Source: Gaiellaceae bacterium (GTDB lineage Bacteria; Actinomycetota; Thermoleophilia; Gaiellales; Gaiellaceae). From it: 64,000 nt of DNA. The stretch spans positions 2,010-66,009 of the forward strand of contig DATAMX010000060.1 of NCBI GenBank assembly GCA_036260475.1, given 5' to 3'. A program made the translations under genes and the position numbers. The first letter of the stretch is position 1, and every line of letters starts with the position of its first letter. Shown here one piece after another: positions 45,052 to 54,054 of this stretch. The notes beneath the pieces are model-generated. The model saw only the letters and a program-made list of their open reading frames with translations. It was not told where the DNA came from and did no database searches.

Positions 45052-46056
45052 CTATCCGTGGCTGAACGTCCTGCGCGCCGGGAGGCTCGTGAGCCCCGAC
45101 TTGTCGCGCGCGCGGAGGGTGATGGTGAACCGGCCGGGCCCACGGAAGCGGGCGGCCGGCAGCCAGTGCCGCGTGTAGACGCCGCACGGACTCGGCGGCA
45201 CGAGCGTCGCGAAGTGCCGCGTGTACGAGAGCTTCCCGGGCCGCGAGTCGGTCTCGATGATGCCGAGGTTCTTGAACGAGTCGTCGCAGGTCCGGAAACG
45301 GGCGTACACCGTCTGTCCGGTGAACTGGACGGAGATGATCTTCAGGGTCGGCCGCCCATTCCGAGGCAGCGTCGTCGGAGTCACGACCGCGGTCGGTGCC
45401 GACGTCGCCGTCGCGCTCCCCTTGTCGTTCTTCGCCGTCACGACGACGCGGAGACGGAAGCCGAGGTCGGAGAGCCGAACGCCGTACGTCGTGCCGGTCG
45501 CACCGGCGATGTTGGTGCAGACCGCGGCGTCGACGTTGCAGTCCTGCCACTCGTACGCGAACGAGGTCGGGTTGCCGCTCCACGACCCGGGCGAAGCGGT
45601 CAGCGCCTGTCCGACCTTTGGCGTGCCGCTGATCGTCGGCGGAGCCGTGTTCTTCGGCGCCGCACTCGAGCTGAGCGGGGCGACGACCGCCGTCTGCGCC
45701 GACTGAGCGGAAGCCGAGCCGTCCGCGTTCGTCGCGGTGACCTTGACGCGCAGCGTATGACCCGCGTCGGCACCGACGAGCGTGTACGTCTGCTGTGTGC
45801 CGTTCGCGACAGCGGCGCAGTTGTTGCCTCCGCCGTTGCACCGGAGCCATTGGTACGCAAAGCTCGTCGGGCTGTTGCTCCACGTTCCGTTCGACGCCGT
45901 CAACGTCTGCCCGACCGTCGTCGTTCCGCTGATCGCCGGCGGCGCGGTGTTGACGGGCGCCGCGGCACTTGCAACGCCCGCGAGCACCAGCGCGGCCACC
46001 ACCACCACCGATGTCGTGGCGGCCAAGCGTGCGACCGCCTTCGATGTTCTCGCCAT
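45052..46056 (-). CDS. Secreted protein with two tandem Ig-like repeats and a Cys-containing C-terminal domain
   Basis: A signal peptide is followed by two about 93-aa repeats (P.NTAPP.ISGT..VGQ.LTAS.G.WS..PTSFAY.W..CN....C..I.....TY.....D.G..LRV.VTA.N..GS..A.S..TAVV). Confidence 0.82.
   Translation of the reverse strand: MARTSKAVARLAATTSVVVVAALVLAGVASAAAPVNTAPPAISGTTTVGQTLTASNGTWSNSPTSFAYQWLRCNGGGNNCAAVANGTQQTYTLVGADAGHTLRVKVTATNADGSASAQSAQTAVVAPLSSSAAPKNTAPPTISGTPKVGQALTASPGSWSGNPTSFAYEWQDCNVDAAVCTNIAGATGTTYGVRLSDLGFRLRVVVTAKNDKGSATATSAPTAVVTPTTLPRNGRPTLKIISVQFTGQTVYARFRTCDDSFKNLGIIETDSRPGKLSYTRHFATLVPPSPCGVYTRHWLPAARFRGPGRFTITLRARDKSGLTSLPARRTFSHG
45382..45960 (-). repeat. Tandem coding repeat (2 x about 279 nt) inside the 45052..46056 gene
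   Basis: Repeat 1 is 45682-45960 and repeat 2 is 45382-45660. About 45-50% amino-acid identity by eye. Confidence 0.75.
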
Positions 46057-46157
46057 GCCTTCCCCCTAGTGGATGCCATGGGGAAAACGGTCGAGATCGA
46101 AGCCGAGATGTGGCCTTCGGGCCGATCGGCCGGAACGCTTACGCAAGCCTTACAGCG

Positions 46158-47597
46158 CTAGGCCGTCACAGGCTCCCCCGCGCCGGCTGCCGCCGTGCGC
46201 GTGCGGAGGAAGACGGCCCCGACGACTGCCGCCACGATCGCGAACAGCGCGCCGACGGCGAAGGCGAGGTGGTAGCCGCCGGTCAGCGCGGCGAGGTTGC
46301 CGTGCCCGGTCGCCGTCAGATGATGGGTGCGCGACGTGGCGACGCTCGCGAGGACGGCGAGGCCGAGCGCGCCGCCCATCATGAACGCCGTGTTCGCGAT
46401 CCCGGAGGCGAGCCCGGAGTCCTGCGGCTCGACGTCGCTCATCGCGGCCATCAGCACCGGGTTGAAGGCGAGGCCGCCCCCGATGCCGATGAGGATCATC
46501 GACGGGAGGACGTCGACGATGAACGAGCCGTGCACCGGCGCGCGCGCGAACCATATGAGTGCGAGCGCCGCGACGACCAGGCCGGCTGCGAGAGGCGCGC
46601 GGAAGCCGTAGCGCATGACGAGCTTGGCCGACACGCCGAGCGAGAACGCCATCATGATGACGTTGCCCGGCAGAAAGGCGAGGCCGACCTGGAGCGGGCT
46701 GTAGTGCAGCACGAGCTGCAGGTAGAGCGCCGAGAGGAAGAAGAGCGCGAACATCGACGCGGCCCAGAGGACGCCGACGACGTTGGCGACCGACAGGTTG
46801 CGGTGCCGGAAGATTCCGAGCGGCATGAGGGGCGCGGCGACGCGCGACTCCCACACGACGAAAGCAGCGGCGATGAGGACGGCGAGGCCGAGGAGCCCGA
46901 GCGTCTCCCCGCTCGTCCAGCCGTTGGTGTTGCCGTTGACGATCGCGTAGACGGCACACACGAGCGCGCTCGTGATGGCGATCGCGCCGGGGACGTCGAG
47001 CCTCGTCTGCTCGGCGCCGGTGTGCACGGCCGGCAGCAGCTTGAGCCCGGTGATGAGGACGGCGATCCCGATGGGCAGGTTGACGAGGAAGATCCAGTGC
47101 CAGCCGACCAGGTCGGTGAGCACGCCGCCGGCGAGCACGCCGATGCTCCCGCCGCCCGACATGACGAAGCCGAAGACGCCCATCGCCTTCGTGCGCTCCG
47201 ACGGCTCGGTGAAGAGGACGACGATGAGCGAGAAGGCGACTGCCGAAACGACTGCGCCGCCGAGCCCCTGCACGGCGCGCGCGGCGATCAGCATCCCCTT
47301 TGTCGTCGAGATGCCGCAGACGAGGCTCGCGGTCGTGAACGCGGCGGTGCCGATGAGAAACAGCCGGCGGTGCCCGAAGAGGTCGCCGAAGCGGCCGGCG
47401 AGCAGGAGAAAGCCTCCGAAGGTGAGCATGTAGGCGTTGACGACCCAGGCGAGCGACGTCTGCGAGAAGCCGAGGTCGTTGCGGATCGAGGGCAGCGCGA
47501 CGTTCACGACGGTGGTGTCGACGACGATCATCAGGTCGCCCACGCACAGGATGACGAGGGCGAGCCAGCGGGTTCGGGAGCTGAGATGTGCGTTCAT
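46158..47597 (-). CDS. MFS transporter, DHA2 (EmrB/QacA, 14-TMS) type
   Basis: WLALVILCVGDLMIVVDTTVVNVALPSIRNDLGFS...AYMLTFGGFLLLAGRFGDLFGHRR. The start is taken at MNAHLSS. Confidence 0.88.
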   Translation of the reverse strand: MNAHLSSRTRWLALVILCVGDLMIVVDTTVVNVALPSIRNDLGFSQTSLAWVVNAYMLTFGGFLLLAGRFGDLFGHRRLFLIGTAAFTTASLVCGISTTKGMLIAARAVQGLGGAVVSAVAFSLIVVLFTEPSERTKAMGVFGFVMSGGGSIGVLAGGVLTDLVGWHWIFLVNLPIGIAVLITGLKLLPAVHTGAEQTRLDVPGAIAITSALVCAVYAIVNGNTNGWTSGETLGLLGLAVLIAAAFVVWESRVAAPLMPLGIFRHRNLSVANVVGVLWAASMFALFFLSALYLQLVLHYSPLQVGLAFLPGNVIMMAFSLGVSAKLVMRYGFRAPLAAGLVVAALALIWFARAPVHGSFIVDVLPSMILIGIGGGLAFNPVLMAAMSDVEPQDSGLASGIANTAFMMGGALGLAVLASVATSRTHHLTATGHGNLAALTGGYHLAFAVGALFAIVAAVVGAVFLRTRTAAAGAGEPVTA

Positions 47598-47694
47598 GGC
47601 CGTTGAGACTGCGGCCACAGTGATATCTCATCGGTCGGCGCTCTCGCTCGGTGAGGCTCTCCCCCCGCCGCGACGGCGGTTGAGCGTCGCAGGC

Positions 47695-47853
47695 CTACGT
47701 GCCGCTGCCCACGTCGCTCCCGGTCTCGCCTTCCCGGCTCTGAGCTCGCGCGTCGGCTCGACGCAGCTTCGGCACGACGAAGACGAGAGTCGCGAGCGCC
47801 ATCAGGGCGACGATCCCGGCGAACGCCATCGTGATGAACACGTCCGGATTCAT
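47695..47853 (-). CDS. Small single-TM protein (hypothetical) upstream of the DHA2 transporter
   Basis: 52 aa (MNPDVFITMAFAGIVALMALATLVFVVPKLRR...) with GAGGTG about 11 nt upstream of the ATG. Confidence 0.4.
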   Translation of the reverse strand: MNPDVFITMAFAGIVALMALATLVFVVPKLRRADARAQSREGETGSDVGSGT

Positions 47854-48042
47854 TGCGCATCCACACCTCGAAGCTAGCCTCGCAACCGCTCGCCGTCGCT
47901 CGGGCGCAGCCCCCATCTCACACTCCTGACGACCTGAGCGACGCGCAGTTGCGGCCACCGCGAAATGGGGTCGCGACTCGATCGCGCTCGCTCCTCGCGC
48001 CGGCCACGCTTCCGAGGTCGTCGACCGAAAAGGAGCATCGAC

Positions 48043-48534
48043 ATGCAGGAGACCGTGATCACGCGCGAAGGGCTCGAACGGCTGAGCGTGGAGCTCGAGC
48101 GGCTGAAGACCGAGGGGCGTCGCGAGATGGCCGAGCGGCTGAGACACGCCGCCGCGCGCGACGCGAACCACGCAGAGAGCGCCGACTACCTGAGTGTCTG
48201 CGAGGACCAGGCGCTGCTCGAACGGCGAATCGCACTGCTCGAGGAGCGGCTGCTCTCGGCACGGGTCGTCGATCCCGTCCTGGGGAACGGGCGCGTGGAC
48301 GTCGGCGAGCGGGTGCACGTGCACGCGCTCGACTCCGGTGAGCGGCTCGACCTCGAGCTCGTAGGCCCGCTCGAGTCCGACGCGGCCTCAGGTCGCATCT
48401 CGGTCGCCTCGCCGGTCGGACGGGCGATCCTCGGTCTTCGCCGCGGCCAGATCGCGCAGGTCGACGCGCCTCGCGGAAGGCTCCACTTCGAGGTCCTCGC
48501 CGTCGAGGCGCCCCGGCCGGCGAGCGCCGCGTGA
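48043..48534 (+). CDS. GreA/GreB-family transcript cleavage factor homolog
   Basis: AAAGGAG RBS. N-terminal coiled coil (ITREGLERLSVELERLKTEGRREMAERL...) and a C-terminal FKBP-like domain (ISVASPVGRAILGLRRGQ). Confidence 0.82.
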   Translation: MQETVITREGLERLSVELERLKTEGRREMAERLRHAAARDANHAESADYLSVCEDQALLERRIALLEERLLSARVVDPVLGNGRVDVGERVHVHALDSGERLDLELVGPLESDAASGRISVASPVGRAILGLRRGQIAQVDAPRGRLHFEVLAVEAPRPASAA

Positions 48535-48548
48535 GCCGAGAGGCGGGT

Positions 48549-48591
48549 GGTCGGCGGCCGCGGCATCGCGCCGCGGCCGCCGACCCGTTTT
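48549..48591 (+). terminator. Intrinsic terminator: perfect 16-bp hairpin plus T-tract
   Basis: GGTCGGCGGCCGCGGC-ATCGC-GCCGCGGCCGCCGACC is followed by CGTTTT. It lies between convergent genes. Confidence 0.8.
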
Positions 48592-49268
48592 CAGAAGCGG
48601 TTCGGGAACTGGCTCACGATGCCGTTGCTCAGCATGCTCGCCATCTCCAGGATCTCGTTGTGCACCTGGTCGTACGCCGCGATGTCGGCGGACCAGCGGC
48701 CCTCGAGACGCGAGACGGCTTCCTTCGCCGTCAGGTCGAGGTGGTGCTTCATCATCGAGCTCGTCATCGACAGCGGCCACGCGTGCGGGTTCGCCTTCGT
48801 GAGGAAGACGGCGATCTGGTGCCCGTTCGCATACCAAGCGCCGAGGGCCTTCGTGAGGCCGGCCTTGTCCCCGGCCTTCGCGGCTTGCAGGACGGGTACC
48901 GCCTCGAGGATGTGCGTCCGCAGCAGCTGGGTGAGTGCGTTTCCTGCGGCGGCCCCGTAGTAGGGCTTGATCGCGTTGCCGATGTCGGTCTGGTTGCGCA
49001 GTAGCCGGGTCTCCGCCGCCTTCAGATCGGGGAGCCCGGCGGCGAAGTCGACGATCACCATCCGCGTCCAGACGATGTGGTCTTCCCAGAGCTTCGCCAT
49101 CGAAGCGCTGAACGCGGCCGCCTTCGTCGATGCGACGTCGGCTCGCGCAGCGTGTGCATTGGCCGGATGATCGGTCGCGACGAGCAGGGCGAGCGCTGCG
49201 GCGACGCCGGCAACCGCCGCGGCGAACGAGAGTCTGCGCGCGGGCGATTCTGTCGAGTCGAATGTCAT
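48591..49268 (-). CDS. Secreted conserved helical-bundle protein (H..WTR motif; function unknown)
   Basis: Signal peptide ...AAVAGVAAALALLVATDHPANA. Contains WEDHIVWTRMVIVD and MMKHHLDLTAKEAV motifs. ATGA overlap with the upstream membrane-protein gene. Confidence 0.7.
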   Translation of the reverse strand: MTFDSTESPARRLSFAAAVAGVAAALALLVATDHPANAHAARADVASTKAAAFSASMAKLWEDHIVWTRMVIVDFAAGLPDLKAAETRLLRNQTDIGNAIKPYYGAAAGNALTQLLRTHILEAVPVLQAAKAGDKAGLTKALGAWYANGHQIAVFLTKANPHAWPLSMTSSMMKHHLDLTAKEAVSRLEGRWSADIAAYDQVHNEILEMASMLSNGIVSQFPNRF

Positions 49269-49672
49269 CGTCTACCTCCTGTAGAGAGCGTGAGCAGGAG
49301 CCGCGTCCGCGGCCGGTGGATGTGAACGGCAACGACGAGACCGAAGGCCTCGATCGCGCTGGTGCAGATACCGAGGGCGTCGAACGGCTCGCGCTCGGGG
49401 TCGAGAGGGGGGATCGCGACGAGCCGGGTCACGACGTAGCCGCCTGCAACTGTCGCGAGTAGAGCTGCCAATGCGGCCACAGGGCGTCGATCGCCGGGAT
49501 GGAGAGCGAGCATCGCGACCGCGGCCGCGAGGAGCACGGCCACCGCGACGAAGCTCGCTCCCAGCGGCGCCCACTCGCGCAGATGTTCCGGAGCGATTGC
49601 GGCGTGCACACCTGCGCCGACCGCTCCTGCGCCGATCAGCACGAAGAGCTCGATGCGGGTGATGCGGGTCAT
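49265..49672 (-). CDS. Integral membrane hypothetical protein
   Basis: The start is taken at MTRITRIELFV. Four hydrophobic segments. Confidence 0.6.
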   Translation of the reverse strand: MTRITRIELFVLIGAGAVGAGVHAAIAPEHLREWAPLGASFVAVAVLLAAAVAMLALHPGDRRPVAALAALLATVAGGYVVTRLVAIPPLDPEREPFDALGICTSAIEAFGLVVAVHIHRPRTRLLLTLSTGGRR

Positions 49673-49772
49673 GACGTGCTTGGTGTCGGCCGGGACGTTG
49701 TTCTTACCGGGTAAGAAGAGGCGCCGAGCCGACACTCACCTGGAGGCGGACAAACGAAGAAGGGAGAGCGTC

Positions 49773-50243
49773 ATGAGCAGTGCAATGCGCGACACGCAAA
49801 CGGCAGCGGCGACTCGGCCCCACAGGCTGGAGCGCGAAGGCTCGCGTGCACTCTGGAGCGACCCCCGCTACCAGGCGTTCATGCTGATGCGGCTCACGTT
49901 CACGGTCGCGCCGGTCGCCTTCGGCCTCGACAAGTTCTGGAACCAGATGGTCTACTGGCCGAAGTACCTGGCGCCCTGGATCGACAACATCGCCCCTGGC
50001 AGCGCCCAGGACTTCATGTACTTCGTCGGCGTCGTCGAGATCGTCGCCGGGATCGTCGTTCTGCTGAAGCCGCGCTACGGGGCGTACCTCGTGGCGGCCT
50101 GGCTCGCCGGCATCGTCACGAACCTCTTCACCTACTCCGGCTGGTACGACGTCGCGGTGCGCGACTTCGGCCTGATGCTCGCCGCGCTCACGCTGGCACG
50201 GCTCGCATCCGTGTACGACCCGCCGTTCGGTCGAACGAGGTAA
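49773..50243 (+). CDS. Integral membrane protein (DoxX-like, tentative)
   Basis: GAAGGGAGAG RBS. Hydrophobic segments FMLMRLTFTVAPVAFGLDKF, VGVVEIVAGIVVLL and LVAAWLAGIVTNL. Confidence 0.7.
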   Translation: MSSAMRDTQTAAATRPHRLEREGSRALWSDPRYQAFMLMRLTFTVAPVAFGLDKFWNQMVYWPKYLAPWIDNIAPGSAQDFMYFVGVVEIVAGIVVLLKPRYGAYLVAAWLAGIVTNLFTYSGWYDVAVRDFGLMLAALTLARLASVYDPPFGRTR

Positions 50244-50256
50244 GGAACCACGGCCG

Positions 50257-50493
50257 ATGCGTCACCAACTGGACATGAAGGTCGACACCCCCACCGAAGG
50301 CCGACGGGACGACGTCTTCGCCTGGCGGCGCGCGCAACTCGTGCGGGCGGGCTTTCCGCAGCGGCTCGCGGCCCGCGCCGCCCACGACGGACACTACGAC
50401 CTCCATCGCCTGATCGAGCTCGTGGAACGCGGCTGCCCGCCCGCGCTCGCGCTGCGGATCCTGGCACCGCTGGAAGGAGACGAGGCGGCGTGA
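50257..50493 (+). CDS. Small helical hypothetical protein, paralog of 56657..56905
   Basis: 78 aa with very high GC3. Shares W.R.Q.V..G....LAA..A....D.H....L...GC...LA..I..P.E with the ORF at 56657. Its stop overlaps the sigma-factor start (GTGA). Confidence 0.65.
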   Translation: MRHQLDMKVDTPTEGRRDDVFAWRRAQLVRAGFPQRLAARAAHDGHYDLHRLIELVERGCPPALALRILAPLEGDEAA

Positions 50494-51203
50494 CCTCGGC
50501 GGGCGCTGCTAGCGTCGAATGCACATTGACGCCGCCGCCGGCCGACTCAGCGCTCGCCGTCACACCCGGTCCGGCGGGCCTGCTCGACGAGGAGTCCCGC
50601 GCCTGGCTGCAAGACCTGCGCGCGCAAGGGCCGGCTCACCTGGCAGCGGTGGGCCGCCTGCACGAGCTGCTTCTCCGAGCGGCGCGCTTCGAGGTCGCGC
50701 GGCGCCGCCCCGGCCTGGCGCACCTACGTGGCGACGAGCTCGGCGAGATCGCGCTCGAGGCGGCGGACGACGCGCTGATGAGCGTGCTCGCGCGCCTCGA
50801 CGACTTCCGCGGAGCCAGCCGCTTCACGACCTGGGTGTACAAGTTCGCGCTCCTCGAAGCTGCCGTGAAGCTGCGCAAACGCGCCTGGCAGGGCCGCGAG
50901 ATTCCGATCGAGCTGGAGACGTGGGATCTCTTCCCGAGCACCGGCCTCGATCCGGCCCAGGCAGCGGAGCAGTCGGAGCTGCTCGTCGCGCTTCAGGACG
51001 GAATCGCAGCACTCACGCCACACCAGCGCCGCATCCTCGTCGCTCTCGCGGTGAACGGCGTCCCGATCGACGTGCTCGCCGAGCGGCTCAACACCAACCG
51101 CGGCGCGCTGTACAAGACGTTGCACGACGCCCGCCGCAACCTGCGCGCGTACCTCATGACCCGCGGGTTCGACCCCGTCGTATCGTTCGAGGAGAGTCAC
51201 TGA
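50490..51203 (+). CDS. Sigma-70 family (ECF-like) sigma factor
   Basis: Sigma-2 region (DDALMSVLARLDDFRGASRFTTWVYKFALLEA) and sigma-4 region (LTPHQRRILVALAVNGVPIDVLAERLNTNRGALYKTLHDARRNLR). The N-terminal limit is uncertain. Confidence 0.82.
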   Translation: MTSAGAASVECTLTPPPADSALAVTPGPAGLLDEESRAWLQDLRAQGPAHLAAVGRLHELLLRAARFEVARRRPGLAHLRGDELGEIALEAADDALMSVLARLDDFRGASRFTTWVYKFALLEAAVKLRKRAWQGREIPIELETWDLFPSTGLDPAQAAEQSELLVALQDGIAALTPHQRRILVALAVNGVPIDVLAERLNTNRGALYKTLHDARRNLRAYLMTRGFDPVVSFEESH

Positions 51204-51430
51204 TGCAATCGCCCCACCGCAAGCACGTGCTCGGACGGCTGCTCGGCCCCGCCGGCCCCGAGATCGGCTGCGACGAGTGCTTCGAGCACATCGATCGCTA
51301 TGTCGACCTCCAGGCCGCCGGGCACGACGCCGACGCCGCGGTCCCGGGCCTGCGCGCGCACCTCGACGGCTGCCCCGCATGCCGCGAGGAATACGAGAGC
51401 CTGCGCGCGCTCGCGGGCGCGCGGCCCTAG
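51203..51430 (+). CDS. Cytoplasmic zinc-binding anti-sigma factor (ZAS, RsrA-like)
   Basis: 75 aa with no TM segment. Has the HxxxCxxC motif (HLDGCPAC) plus an upstream CDEC. The start overlaps the sigma stop by 1 nt (TGATG). Confidence 0.7.
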   Translation: MQSPHRKHVLGRLLGPAGPEIGCDECFEHIDRYVDLQAAGHDADAAVPGLRAHLDGCPACREEYESLRALAGARP

Positions 51431-51529
51431 CACCGGGCCGTCACGACCCGCAAATGCGGTCCTCGCCCCATCGCGGTCGACGCTCGGGTCGGTCACGCTG
51501 TGGACCAACCGAGGCGGAGGAGGAGCGCG

Positions 51530-51994
51530 ATGATGGGCGGGACGATCGTTTGCGGCGTGACCGCGTCACCGGACGGCAGGGGCGCAGCGGAGCTGGCGCA
51601 TGCGCTCGGCGCACGGCTGGATCTGCGACTCGTGCTCGTTCACGTGGTCGACGGCGTGCCGCCCGGCACCCACGAGAGCGTGACGGCGCGGCAGCGCCGG
51701 ACGGGCGCCGAGCGGGCGCTCGAGGCGGTCGCGCGTGAGATCGGCAACGAGGCGGAGCAGCGAATCGTGCTCGGAGACCGCGCCGACGGGCTCGCGCGAG
51801 TTGCGGCCGAGGAGGGCGCCGATCTGATCGTGCTGGGCTCGCGCGCGGCGGGCCTCGGCGGCCGCAAGCTGCGCTGCACGCTCGCGCGCGAGCTCGAAGC
51901 CGCCACGCCCGTGCCCGTTCTCGTCGCACCGCCCTCGACTCGGAAGCGGAGCGATCATCGGCTGTCGTCGGCAGCCGAGGCCGCCGCGCGATAG
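51530..51994 (+). CDS. Universal stress protein (UspA family)
   Basis: GGAGGAGGAG RBS. IVCGV...LVLVHVV...ADLIVLGSRAAGLG...VPVLV. Confidence 0.82.
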   Translation: MMGGTIVCGVTASPDGRGAAELAHALGARLDLRLVLVHVVDGVPPGTHESVTARQRRTGAERALEAVAREIGNEAEQRIVLGDRADGLARVAAEEGADLIVLGSRAAGLGGRKLRCTLARELEAATPVPVLVAPPSTRKRSDHRLSSAAEAAAR

Positions 51995-52018
51995 AACACG
52001 CGCTGGACACCGACGACG

Positions 52019-52993
52019 ATGCGCTTCTCACGGCTGCCGCTGCTCTGGCGGGTCTTCACGATCAACGCGACGCTGCTCGTGATCGCGACGATCCTCCTCG
52101 CGCTGACCCCGGTGACGATCCACGCCTCGCTCGCATTCGTCGAGGGGATCGACCTCGCCGCAGGGCTCACGGTGATGCTGGCGGCCAACCTGCTGCTGCT
52201 GCGTCATACGCTGCGGCCGATCCACAGGCTGGTGGAGCGCATGCGAACGGTGGACCTGCTCCATCCCGGCGAGCGATTCGTCGAACGCGGCGGCAACGAG
52301 GCGGTGCAGCTCGTGCGGACGTTCAACGAGATGCTCGACCGCCTCGAGGCAGAACGGCAGGAGAGCGGCAAACGGGCGCTCCACGCACAGGAGGCGGAGC
52401 GGCTGCGGATCGCGCGCGGCCTCCACGACGAGGTCGGGCAGGTGCTCACGGGCGTCCTGCTCCACCTCGACTCGCTCGCAGGCGCGGACGACGCCCGCCG
52501 CCGCGGCGACCTCGAGGAGACGAAACAGGCGGTGCGCCAGGCTCTGGAAGAGGTGCGGCGAATCGCGCAAGAGCTCCGCCCGGAGATGCTCGAGCATCTG
52601 GGCCTCGCCAGCGCGCTCACCGAGCTCTCGCGCAAGTTCGCCGCCCAGACCGGCATCCGCGTCGAACAGCGCTTCGCAGAGGAGCTGCCGCCCCTCTCCG
52701 ACGCGGCCGAGATCGCGGTCTACCGCGTCGCCCAGGAGAGCCTGACCAACGTCGCACGGCACGCCGACGCGGCGCGAGTCGAGATCGCCCTCCAGGCCGG
52801 GACCGACAGCGTCGTCCTGCGTGTCGCCGACGACGGCCGCGGGCTGCCCGAGGCCGCTGCGAGTGCGAACGGCCAAGCCGGGCTGCGCGGAATGCGCGAG
52901 CGCGCCCTGCTCGTCGGCGGCGCGCTTGCGATCAAGCGCGGCCGCGATGGAGGCGCCGAAGTGCGCCTCGAGGTCCCGGCGGAAAGAGCCTGA
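52019..52993 (+). CDS. Sensor histidine kinase (2TM-HAMP-HisKA_3-HATPase)
   Basis: H-box EAERLRIARGLHDEVGQVLTGV and a C-terminal GLRGMRERALLVGG. Confidence 0.88.
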   Translation: MRFSRLPLLWRVFTINATLLVIATILLALTPVTIHASLAFVEGIDLAAGLTVMLAANLLLLRHTLRPIHRLVERMRTVDLLHPGERFVERGGNEAVQLVRTFNEMLDRLEAERQESGKRALHAQEAERLRIARGLHDEVGQVLTGVLLHLDSLAGADDARRRGDLEETKQAVRQALEEVRRIAQELRPEMLEHLGLASALTELSRKFAAQTGIRVEQRFAEELPPLSDAAEIAVYRVAQESLTNVARHADAARVEIALQAGTDSVVLRVADDGRGLPEAAASANGQAGLRGMRERALLVGGALAIKRGRDGGAEVRLEVPAERA

Positions 52994-53649
52994 TGCCGAT
53001 CCCGCTCGTCACGCGGATACTCGTCGCCGACGACCATCCGATCGTCCGTTCGGGGCTGAAGAAGGTCCTCGACGCGCAACCGGATCTCGAGGTCGTCGCC
53101 GAGGCCGAGGACGGCGCCGAAGCAGTGAAGAAGGCGATGGCCGCCGACATCCACCTCGCGATCCTCGACGTGTCGATGCCGAAGACGACCGGGATCCAGG
53201 CCGCGGAGGAGCTGCACAGGCGCAAGCCGGAGCTCCGGCTGCTGATGCTGTCGATGTACGACAGCGAGCAGTTCCTGTTCGAGTCGCTCAAGGCCGGCGC
53301 CTCAGGCTACGTGCTCAAGTCGGACGCCGACCAGGACATCGTCGAGGCCGTGCGATGCACGATGCGCGGCCAGTCGTTCTTGTATCCCTCGGCGATCGGC
53401 ACGCTCGTGAGGGACTTCGTCGAGCGCGGCCGGCCGGACGAGGAACAGTTCGACATCCTCACGCCCCGCGAGCTCCAGGTGCTGAAGCTGATCGCCGAGG
53501 CCTACACCTCGAAGGAGATCGCCGAAGAGCTCGTCATCAGCATCAAGACCGTCGAACGGCACCGCCAGAACATCCTCGACAAGCTCGGCATGAACGATCG
53601 CGTCGAGCTCACGCGCTACGCCATCCGCCGTGGGCTGATCCAGCCCTGA
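52993..53649 (+). CDS. NarL/LuxR-family response regulator
   Basis: ILVADDHPIVRSGL...LAILDVSMP plus LTPRELQVLKLIAEAYTSKEIAEELVISIKTVERHR. Overlaps the kinase stop (TGATG). Confidence 0.92.
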   Translation: MPIPLVTRILVADDHPIVRSGLKKVLDAQPDLEVVAEAEDGAEAVKKAMAADIHLAILDVSMPKTTGIQAAEELHRRKPELRLLMLSMYDSEQFLFESLKAGASGYVLKSDADQDIVEAVRCTMRGQSFLYPSAIGTLVRDFVERGRPDEEQFDILTPRELQVLKLIAEAYTSKEIAEELVISIKTVERHRQNILDKLGMNDRVELTRYAIRRGLIQP

Positions 53650-53685
53650 GGTCTGCGGCGCCCTCGGAATGGGGCGCTCACCTCA
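53647..53685 (+). terminator. Composite hairpin starting at the response-regulator stop codon
   Basis: TGAGGT-ctgcg-GCGCCC-tcggaatg-GGGCGC-tc-ACCTCA, with two nested 6-bp stems. Confidence 0.45.
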
Positions 53686-53742
53686 TAGCCCGGGCGCTCC
53701 TCGGATGAGACCGTGGAGGTAGCCGAACGGAGAGGAGGCGGA

Positions 53743-54054
53743 ATGAGCAAGTACGAACGAGCGGGTGCCGCAGTGGTCGAGAGCGAGAGCCGCGCCACGG
53801 CAATCGAGATCGAGGTCATGGGCCGCTGGGATGCGCTCGCCCTGTCGAAGCGTCTCGCCCGGTACCACTCGTTTCTCGTCCAGCACGAGCGGGAGCGTTG
53901 GGTCGTCCATGCGCGCACGCCCGGCTGCGACGGCGAGACGATCGCCGACGCGATGCGGGCGGTCGACGACTGGGCCGCCGAGCGGGGAGTCGAACGCGCC
54001 TCGTGCCGGATCGACGGCCGGCCGCACGCGCTCGATGGGAGCGGGCGCGAATGA
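53743..54054 (+). CDS. Hypothetical protein
   Basis: GAGAGGAGG RBS. 103 aa with high GC3. The stop overlaps the next start (ATGA). Confidence 0.65.
   Translation: MSKYERAGAAVVESESRATAIEIEVMGRWDALALSKRLARYHSFLVQHERERWVVHARTPGCDGETIADAMRAVDDWAAERGVERASCRIDGRPHALDGSGRE

Noticed and set aside
46100-46125. Palindromic GGCCGATCGGCC motif between the MFS gene and the Ig-repeat gene, considered as a repeat element (REP-like).
   Set aside because: It is a single occurrence and I found no second copy in the window. It could be a weak terminator stem, but the support is insufficient.
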